Below, piece after piece: positions 8,568 to 14,574 of a stretch of DNA of 24,000 bases. The notes under the pieces are model-generated. The model had not been told where the DNA came from. It was given only the letters and a program-made list of their open reading frames with translations, and ran no database searches. Location: the NCBI RefSeq assembly GCF_964332355.1, contig NZ_OZ201293.1, forward strand, positions 1,947,620 to 1,971,619, read 5' to 3'. The position numbers and the translations under genes are program-made. Positions within the stretch are counted from its first letter, which is position 1. Each line of letters opens with the position of its first letter. Source of the DNA: Imbroritus primus. GTDB lineage: Bacteria > Pseudomonadota > Gammaproteobacteria > Burkholderiales > Burkholderiaceae.

Positions 8568-9260
8568 ATGGAGTGGTTGACTGATCTGTTTACGATGCAG
8601 TTCCTGACAGCACTGGTATCGATCATCATCATCGATCTGGTGCTCGCCGGCGACAATGCCATCGTGATTGCGCTGGCAGCGCGTAACCTGCCGCCTCACC
8701 TGCAAAAGAAAGCCATCGTCTGGGGCACCATCGGCGCGATCGTCGTGCGCTCGGCCATGACGCTTGCCGTCGTGTGGCTGCTCAAGATCCCGGGTCTGCT
8801 GCTGGTGGGCGGTGTCGCGCTGGTGTGGATCGCCTACAAGCTGCTCACCGATGATTCGGGTGACGACGAACACGGCGCCGCACAAAACACCCTGTGGGGC
8901 GCCATGAAGACCATCATCATCGCCGACGCGGTGATGGGCATGGACAACGTGCTGGCTGTGGCCGGCGCCGCACACGGCAGCTTCCTGCTGGTGGTGCTCG
9001 GCCTGCTGATCAGTATCCCCATCGTGGTGTGGGGCAGCTCGCTGGTGCTGCGCCTCATGGAGCGCTATCCGTCGATCATCTACATCGGTGCAGGCGTGCT
9101 GGCCTTTACCGCTGCGAAGATGATCGTCAGCGAGCCGATCGTCAAGCCGACCATCGCAGCCTATCCGGTACTGTACTGGGCCACCTTCGCGCTTTGCCTG
9201 GGCATCGTGCTGCTCGGTGGCTACCTGGTCAAGAAGCGTCGCGCTGCCGCCGCAGCCTGA
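8568..9260 (+). CDS. TerC/YjbE-family integral membrane protein (putative Mn2+/metal exporter)
   Basis: The protein is polytopic and has the duplicated TerC signature (DLVLAGDNAIVIAL and ADAVMGMDNVLAVAG). GAGG lies 7 nt upstream of the ATG. Confidence 0.85.
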   Translation: MEWLTDLFTMQFLTALVSIIIIDLVLAGDNAIVIALAARNLPPHLQKKAIVWGTIGAIVVRSAMTLAVVWLLKIPGLLLVGGVALVWIAYKLLTDDSGDDEHGAAQNTLWGAMKTIIIADAVMGMDNVLAVAGAAHGSFLLVVLGLLISIPIVVWGSSLVLRLMERYPSIIYIGAGVLAFTAAKMIVSEPIVKPTIAAYPVLYWATFALCLGIVLLGGYLVKKRRAAAAA

Positions 9261-9281
9261 CCTTCCGGCTTACGCCCTCAA

Positions 9282-9306
9282 GAAAAGGCCCCTCCGGGGG
9301 CCTTTT
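9282..9306 (+). terminator. rho-independent terminator after the TerC-family gene
   Basis: The stem is GGCCCC (9286..9291) paired with GGGGCC (9296..9301), with a TCCG loop. It is followed by TTTTT (9302..9306) and preceded by AAAA. Confidence 0.8.
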
Positions 9307-9403
9307 TGCATGCTGTTGGCCGCCACCACCCCGGTAGCGGCTCTATGGGATAATGTGGCGGTACTGCTGTCTGGGCATTGCCGCGCAACCTCCTTTCTCA
9401 CGA

Positions 9404-10198
9404 ATGAAACAATACCTCGACCTGATGCGCCACGTGTATGAGCATGGCGTGGAAAAATCGGACCGGACCGGTACCGGCACACGCTCGGTCTTTGGCCACC
9501 AGATGCGCTTCGATCTGCAGCAGGGTTTTCCCATGGTGACGACCAAGAAGCTACATCTGAAATCCATCATTTATGAGCTGTTGTGGTTTCTCCAGGGCGC
9601 AACCAATGCGCGCTGGCTGCAGGAGCACGGCGTAACGATCTGGGATGAATGGGCCGATGCCAGCGGCGAACTGGGGCCGATCTATGGTTACCAATGGCGT
9701 TCCTGGCCGGCGCCGGATGGCCGCCACATCGACCAGATCAGCCAGTTGATGGACCAGTTGCGCAGCAATCCCGATTCGCGCCGCCTGATCGTATCGGCTT
9801 GGAACGTGGCCGATATCCCGCGCATGAAACTGCCGCCGTGCCACGCTTTCTTCCAGTTCTACGTGGCCGAGGGCAAGCTGTCGTGCCAGCTATACCAGCG
9901 CAGTGCCGACATCTTCCTGGGCGTGCCGTTCAACATCGCCAGCTACGCCCTGCTCACGCACATGATCGCCCAGCAAGCGGATCTCGATGTCGGTGATTTC
10001 GTCTGGACCGGCGGCGACTGCCACCTCTACAGCAACCATTTCGAACAGGTCCGCACGCAACTGGCCCGTGAGCCCATGCCGCTGCCGACCCTGAACTTCA
10101 CACGCAAGCCGGATTCGATCTTCGACTACCGTTTCGAGGACTTCGATATTGCCGGCTACACCTCCCATCCGGCCATCAAGGCCCCGGTTGCCGTTTGA
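9404..10198 (+). CDS. thyA: thymidylate synthase
   Basis: The N-terminus is [31 protein letters not shown], and the active-site region is [12 protein letters not shown]. The protein is 264 aa from the ATG at 9404. Confidence 0.97.
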   Translation: MKQYLDLMRHVYEHGVEKSDRTGTGTRSVFGHQMRFDLQQGFPMVTTKKLHLKSIIYELLWFLQGATNARWLQEHGVTIWDEWADASGELGPIYGYQWRSWPAPDGRHIDQISQLMDQLRSNPDSRRLIVSAWNVADIPRMKLPPCHAFFQFYVAEGKLSCQLYQRSADIFLGVPFNIASYALLTHMIAQQADLDVGDFVWTGGDCHLYSNHFEQVRTQLAREPMPLPTLNFTRKPDSIFDYRFEDFDIAGYTSHPAIKAPVAV

Positions 10199-10268
10199 AC
10201 ATCCAATCGACCGCATGATCGATCACCCGATCGGGTCTGCGGCCGGTTACTGATCCAAGATCCGCATT

Positions 10269-10772
10269 GTGACCATCCTGACCCTGATCGTCGCCAAGTC
10301 CCGCAATCACGTCATTGGCCGTGACAACACGCTGCCGTGGCGCCTCCCCGAGGACCTCGCGCATTTCCGCCGCACGACCATGGGCGCGCCAATCCTGATG
10401 GGCCGCAAGACCTACGAGTCGATCGGCCGTCCTCTGCCGGGCCGGCGCAATATCGTCATCAGCCGTAACCGGGATCTGGTCATCGCAGGTTGCGAAGTCG
10501 CGCATTCGCTTGAAGAGGCGCAACTGCTCTGCATCGGTGTGGAGGAAATCTTCCTCGTCGGCGGTGCGCAGCTGTATGCCGAGGCGTTGCCCAGCGCGGA
10601 CCGGCTGATCGTTACCGAAGTGGATATCGAGATCGATGGTGACGCGTTTTTTCCACCCATCGACCGGAAAGTATGGCGGGAAACCGCGCGCGAAACACAT
10701 CGGGCGGCACCGCCAAATACCTTTTCCTTTGCGTTCGTCACCTACGAGCGCCTGCCATCCCAGGCCGAGTGA
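10269..10772 (+). CDS. folA: dihydrofolate reductase
   Basis: DHFR motifs are [22 protein letters not shown] and [10 protein letters not shown]. It uses a GTG start and lies immediately downstream of thyA. Confidence 0.95.
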   Translation: MTILTLIVAKSRNHVIGRDNTLPWRLPEDLAHFRRTTMGAPILMGRKTYESIGRPLPGRRNIVISRNRDLVIAGCEVAHSLEEAQLLCIGVEEIFLVGGAQLYAEALPSADRLIVTEVDIEIDGDAFFPPIDRKVWRETARETHRAAPPNTFSFAFVTYERLPSQAE

Positions 10773-10805
10773 GGGCTAACCCCGAGTCCTGCCCAGCCGT
10801 GCGCC

Positions 10806-10829
10806 TGTATCACGGCTGATACACTTTTG
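10806..10829 (+). terminator. weak terminator-like hairpin downstream of folA
   Basis: TGTATCA (10806..10812) and TGATACA (10817..10823) form a 7-bp stem with a CGGC loop, followed by CTTTTGG. The stem is short and AT-rich. Confidence 0.25.
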
Positions 10830-10911
10830 GCCGGTGCGGCGCAGCCCGTTGCCAGCCGCGGCGTCCGGCACCTGACATACCGCTGCGCGCCCCTTCTCCA
10901 CCCCGCTGCCA

Positions 10912-10947
10912 CGCGATATCGGTTTCACGCCTGAAACCGATATCGCG
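10912..10947. promoter_or_regulatory. perfect 16-bp-arm inverted repeat, either a candidate enhancer (UAS) for the sigma54 activator or a strong hairpin/terminator
   Basis: The sequence is CGCGATATCGGTTTCA-CGCC-TGAAACCGATATCGCG. Its centre is about 84 bp upstream of the -24 GG and about 108 bp upstream of the predicted TSS. It is followed by ACGTTTT. Confidence 0.4.
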
Positions 10948-11011
10948 ACGTTTTCCAGTCATCTCGCGCATCCTCTCCGCCACACCGCCAGCCTGCGGGG
11001 CACATCGCCCG

Positions 11012-11027
11012 TGGCACGCTTGTCGCT
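11012..11027 (+). promoter_or_regulatory. sigma54 (RpoN) -24/-12 promoter of the fap-like operon
   Basis: TGGCACGCTTGTCGCT compares with the consensus TGGCACG-N4-TTGCW. GG and GC have the correct spacing, and there is one mismatch in the -12 element. A sigma54 activator gene lies next to the operon. Confidence 0.65.
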
Positions 11028-11051
11028 ATGGTGTGGGCGAGGGAGAAAGCC

Positions 11052-11522
11052 ATGACGCCTACAACTACATACGTCTGGCGGGGGGAGCCTGCGCGCATCT
11101 TGTGTCTGATGATGCTGTGTGCCGCCGCCGTTCTCGCAGCAATGCCTGCCCAGGCTGACAGCGGGGATATCGTGGTCCTGCGCGAGGTGGCACCACGCGT
11201 GGCCTACCGGGGCCTACCGCGCAACGAAATCCCCGAACACACCGTTATTGATACCTTCCCGCAGCAGCAGTTTGCCCAGGCGACCGACCTTGAACTCGGC
11301 CGTGCTCAGGCCGGACCGCTGCGCTCTGTCCAGGCACAGATCGCCATCGGCAATCCGGCCACCAGCATGGCCCAGCCAGGATCGCTGCTGAGCGACGCGC
11401 TGATCGGAGGTGGCCGGCGCGACGGTGGTGGTGGTATTGCAGATCGCGTGCAACAGGCCACCGGCATGATTTCCGGAGCGGTGGGCCAGGCGCTTGCCCC
11501 ATTGAGCGGAGGCGCGCGATGA
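11052..11522 (+). CDS. fapA: secreted protein in the first position of the fap-like operon (FapA-like by position)
   Basis: The ATG at 11052 has GGGAGA 6-7 nt upstream. The track start at 11028 would lie inside or upstream of the sigma54 promoter. The signal peptide ends ...AAVLAAMPAQA|DSG. The C-terminus is Gly-rich. The stop overlaps the next start (ATGA at 11519..11522). I recognised no family motif, so the assignment is positional. Confidence 0.55.
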   Translation: MTPTTTYVWRGEPARILCLMMLCAAAVLAAMPAQADSGDIVVLREVAPRVAYRGLPRNEIPEHTVIDTFPQQQFAQATDLELGRAQAGPLRSVQAQIAIGNPATSMAQPGSLLSDALIGGGRRDGGGGIADRVQQATGMISGAVGQALAPLSGGAR

Positions 11523-12124
11523 ACCGCAATCCGCGTGCATTCGCCTGGCTATCCATCTTCGTCATGCTGTGGTTCGGCCCGGCTCAGGCGCAAAGCATCG
11601 CTCCCCTGCCCGCCAGCCTGTCGACACGGATCGATGATGCAGCAGGCAGTGACATGCGCGGCCGCGTCGCCGTGAACGTGGCGGCAGGCGCAGGGAACGC
11701 CCAATCCAACACGGCTGTTCTGGCGCCAGACGGCGTCGCCGTCGTGCGCCAGAACCAGGCGGCGCGCATCCAGGCCGGACCGGGCGCGGCGTCGAGCCAT
11801 ATCGGCGCCGATGTCTTCCAGAACGCCAATGGCTTGCTCAGCCTCAACATGGCAAGTGGCTACGGCAACCTGCAGGGCAATACCGTCGCGGTCGCACAGG
11901 CCGTCGAGATCGAAACGGTTGCGGACAGCATGCTGCAGTCCACCACCGCGCACAGGAGTCGCAGCGATGCACCCGTTGTCGTGCCATCGCACCGCCAGGC
12001 AACGGTTCACCCGGATGCCTTCGCCGGTGCCAATGGCATCGTCCAGGTGAATCAGGCGGCAGGATCGGGGAATGTCGCATCCAACGTTTTTGTGCTCCGT
12101 CCCCCGGCGGGCACTTTTTTCTAA
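11519..12124 (+). CDS. fapB: FapB-like amyloid subunit (minor/nucleator type) with three degenerate Fap repeats
   Basis: The signal peptide ends ...WFGPAQA|QS. The three repeats are GRVAVNVAAGAGNAQSN, GLLSLNMASGYGNLQGN and GIVQVNQAAGSGNVASN. The protein ends in Phe. Confidence 0.8.
   Translation: MNRNPRAFAWLSIFVMLWFGPAQAQSIAPLPASLSTRIDDAAGSDMRGRVAVNVAAGAGNAQSNTAVLAPDGVAVVRQNQAARIQAGPGAASSHIGADVFQNANGLLSLNMASGYGNLQGNTVAVAQAVEIETVADSMLQSTTAHRSRSDAPVVVPSHRQATVHPDAFAGANGIVQVNQAAGSGNVASNVFVLRPPAGTFF
11660..12085 (+). repeat. span of the three imperfect amyloid repeats in FapB-like protein
   Basis: The repeat cores are at about 11660..11710, 11828..11881 and 12029..12085. The shared pattern is xNxAxGxGNxxxN. 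Confidence 0.75.
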
Positions 12125-12143
12125 GTGAAGGCAGGAGAATGTC

Positions 12144-12983
12144 ATGAAAGCAAAACTTGTTGCACTGGCAGCATTGGCCACGCTGTCTTCCGGCGTCGTC
12201 TTTGCCGGGTCGGGATATGGGTCGCATGACAAGCCGGATGATGCGGATATCTACAACTACACGCATCTGTCCAATGACATCCATGTCGCCGGATACGGGC
12301 TGGCACTGGGTCTGATCAAGTTCGGCGCGGAATCGGCCGCCACGGTCAACAGCGATCAGATCAGCATGTTCGGCACGACGATGAATTTCGGTGGCGAAAA
12401 CAAGGCACGCCTTGGTGGTAATGCGCTGCGCGGCGCGGAAGGCAATATCGGTGTGAACGTGTCGGCTGGCGCGGGCAATGCCCAGGCCAACGACGCGGCA
12501 CTGACCGCAGTGGATGGCGGCGGCTCGTCGCATAGCAACGGATATCGCAAGGATCACAAGGACAACGATGCGGCAGCCGTATTTGCAGCGGCACAGGTGT
12601 TCTCGTCGCAGACTGGCAAGTCGAACCTCGCGATGGTATCCAATGCGGAAAACGTCGCATCCCTCAACGGCAATGCGCTGCGCAATGCGGCGGGCAATAT
12701 CGGCGTGAACATCGCATCGGGCGCCGGCAACCTGCAGAACAATGGCATGGCCGGTTCGACCAACAGCTCTGGCACGCTGGCGAAGGCCACGTCGTCCAAT
12801 GCCCAGGCATCGTTCGGCAACGTGCTGTTTGAGCTGGGCTGCGATCCGGTCAACAGCGCCGTGGTTTCCGGCAATGCACTGCGCGGGGCGACCGGCAACA
12901 TCGGTCTGAACCTGACGGCTGGCGCTGGCAACCTGCAGCACAACGGTCTGGCCATTGCCACGGCGACTGCGCCGCGGAATTGA
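12144..12983 (+). CDS. fapC: FapC-like major functional-amyloid subunit with three well-conserved repeats
   Basis: AGGAGA lies upstream of the ATG. The signal peptide ends ...SSGVVFA|GSG. The repeats are GNALRGAEGNIGVNVSAGAGNAQAN, GNALRNAAGNIGVNIASGAGNLQNN and GNALRGATGNIGLNLTAGAGNLQHN. They closely resemble the GNIGVNVAAGAGNQQSN repeats I remember from Pseudomonas FapC. Confidence 0.85.
   Translation: MKAKLVALAALATLSSGVVFAGSGYGSHDKPDDADIYNYTHLSNDIHVAGYGLALGLIKFGAESAATVNSDQISMFGTTMNFGGENKARLGGNALRGAEGNIGVNVSAGAGNAQANDAALTAVDGGGSSHSNGYRKDHKDNDAAAVFAAAQVFSSQTGKSNLAMVSNAENVASLNGNALRNAAGNIGVNIASGAGNLQNNGMAGSTNSSGTLAKATSSNAQASFGNVLFELGCDPVNSAVVSGNALRGATGNIGLNLTAGAGNLQHNGLAIATATAPRN
12417..12944 (+). 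repeat. three 75-nt imperfect direct repeats encoding the FapC-like amyloid core
   Basis: The repeats are at 12417..12491, 12669..12743 and 12870..12944. Similarity is visible at the DNA level (ggcaatgcgctgcgc...ggcaatatcggtgtgaac...ggcgc.ggcaa...cag..caa). The linkers are 59 and 42 codons. Confidence 0.85.
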
Positions 12984-13062
12984 TGGTCCGTTTCACGGCA
13001 CCATGTGCCGCACGCGGTGGCCGTCCACGGATGGCCACCGCCCTGGGATGACGAGACACGCC

Positions 13063-13755
13063 ATGCGCCTCTATACGATCCTCGCCGCACCTCTGACAGG
13101 ATGGCTCCTGTGCAGTGGCGTGGCCGCGCAGACGGCCGTGCCGCTGCAGATCGACGGGCAGCCGGCAATCACCAAGCGCGTGACGAGCCTGGCCGCGATG
13201 CGTTACCGCAATGTGATGCGCCAGGAACTGGATTTCAGTTGCGGCGCGGCAGCGCTCGGTACGTTGCTGCGGTATGGCTATGGGGTCGATATCGAAGAAC
13301 GCCGCATCATCAGCGACATGCTCAAGATATCGGACGCCGAGGAAGTCATGCGGCGCGGATTTTCAATGCTGGACATGCGCAACTATGTCGAGACGCTCGG
13401 CTTTCGTGGCACAGGATTCCGTGTCGAACTGAGCGCGCTGCGGCAACTCAGGATTCCCGTGATCGTCCTTCTGGACATCAAGGGATACCAGCATTTCGTC
13501 GTGGTACGCCAGGCGGCGGAAGGACGGGTATTCGTCTCCGACCCTGCGCTGGGCAACCGCATCATGCCGGAGCATGAATTTGCCGAAGCATGGAACAACC
13601 TCGTGTTTGCCGTGATCGGCCAGCCTTTCCCGCAAACGTCAGAGCTGCTCAAGGCCGACGCGCCTGTACTCCGCCAGCGCACCGACGCGGCGATGCGTGC
13701 AGGCGCGCGGGCGCCGTCAGTCGATTTCGGGCTGGCGCACATGGATTTTTTCTGA
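13063..13755 (+). CDS. fapD: periplasmic stand-alone C39-family cysteine peptidase (FapD-like)
   Basis: The signal peptide is MRLYTILAAPLTGWLLCSGVAAQTA. The C39 motifs are QELDFSCGAAALGTLL (Cys codon at 13240..13242), GYQHFVVV (His) and VSDPALG (Asp). An alternative start exists at 13048. Confidence 0.8.
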   Translation: MRLYTILAAPLTGWLLCSGVAAQTAVPLQIDGQPAITKRVTSLAAMRYRNVMRQELDFSCGAAALGTLLRYGYGVDIEERRIISDMLKISDAEEVMRRGFSMLDMRNYVETLGFRGTGFRVELSALRQLRIPVIVLLDIKGYQHFVVVRQAAEGRVFVSDPALGNRIMPEHEFAEAWNNLVFAVIGQPFPQTSELLKADAPVLRQRTDAAMRAGARAPSVDFGLAHMDFF

Positions 13756-13756
13756 C

Positions 13757-14515
13757 ATGAACAACGCTCGCTGGATTCTTCCCATGACCCTGCTGGCATG
13801 TGGCACGCCAGCCTGGTCAGCCGCGCCGGTCCAGCCCGTGATGGTCGAGCTGGTCGATGATGGTGAACTTGCTGCCGCGCGCGGCAAATACCTCGGCCAG
13901 TTCGTCGTAACAGGATTCATGGTTGAAATGGCGACGCAATGGCTCAATCATGAAGCGCTTGCCACGGCAAGTGCGCGCCTGACCGCTGCCGGTCTCGATC
14001 GCGGCGGCCACCCGGAAGTCTCTGTGAATACCGCCGCAAACGTCAATGCGTCGGCGCAGGCTTCTTCTGCCCCCGCGCCTGCCGGTGTAGCCGGTCTGCA
14101 GATCAGCGGGCTCGGGCAGATCTCGCAGATCGCTGGCGATGGCAACACCATGGCCAATGTCACAACCATCGCCTTCCAGCGTGAGCCGCTGCCAGGCGCT
14201 GGGCCAGGCGGCACCACGACAAGCGATGCGGCTGCGGCCGGCTATCGTGCCCACGCCGCCATCGCCGGCAATACCTTGCTGATTGGCGTAGCGACACCCA
14301 ATGGGGTCGCAACCCAGGCAATTCAATCCCGCGCTCATTCGGTCAATACCGGTGGAGCGGGCAACCTGATGCAGACGGCGCAGATCGTCGGCCATCAACA
14401 ACAAGTCGTTAACCAGATGTCGGTGCAGCTCCAGATCCGGTCGATGAGTGCCAGCCAGTTGTCGCAGATCGGTATCGGACAAGCACTGGAGGCAGTTTCG
14501 ATGTTGCGTCGTTAG
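13757..14515 (+). CDS. fapE: secreted FapE-like protein with two degenerate Fap-type repeats
   Basis: The ATG lies 1 nt after the fapD stop. The signal peptide is MNNARWILPMTLLACGTPAWS|AAP, with a possible LLAC lipobox. Repeat-like segments are QISQIAGDGNTMAN and VNTGGAGNLMQTAQ. The assignment is partly positional. Confidence 0.6.
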   Translation: MNNARWILPMTLLACGTPAWSAAPVQPVMVELVDDGELAAARGKYLGQFVVTGFMVEMATQWLNHEALATASARLTAAGLDRGGHPEVSVNTAANVNASAQASSAPAPAGVAGLQISGLGQISQIAGDGNTMANVTTIAFQREPLPGAGPGGTTTSDAAAAGYRAHAAIAGNTLLIGVATPNGVATQAIQSRAHSVNTGGAGNLMQTAQIVGHQQQVVNQMSVQLQIRSMSASQLSQIGIGQALEAVSMLRR

Positions 14516-14574
14516 CCATGCGCTCACTGGTTTGAACAGGTAAGTGCCTGGCTTTTTTCCGGGGGGAAACAGCC

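Noticed and set aside
8280-8975. 231-aa minus-strand ORF spanning the riboswitch and the TerC-family gene
   Set aside because: It lies opposite a clear TerC-family membrane protein and crosses a recognisable riboswitch. Its composition is His/Arg/Asp/Gln-rich and unlike a real protein.
11844-12941. 365-aa minus-strand ORF across the fapB/fapC-like genes (and 11549..12232, minus strand)
   Set aside because: It is antisense to genes with signal peptides, SDs and repeat structure. It stays open because of the GC-rich repeat codons.
14536-14558. CAGG-TAAGTG-CCTG hairpin followed by TTTTTT between the fapE-like and fapF-like genes
   Set aside because: The stem is only 4 bp, too weak to call a terminator. 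The T-run may simply be part of the fapF-like translation initiation region.
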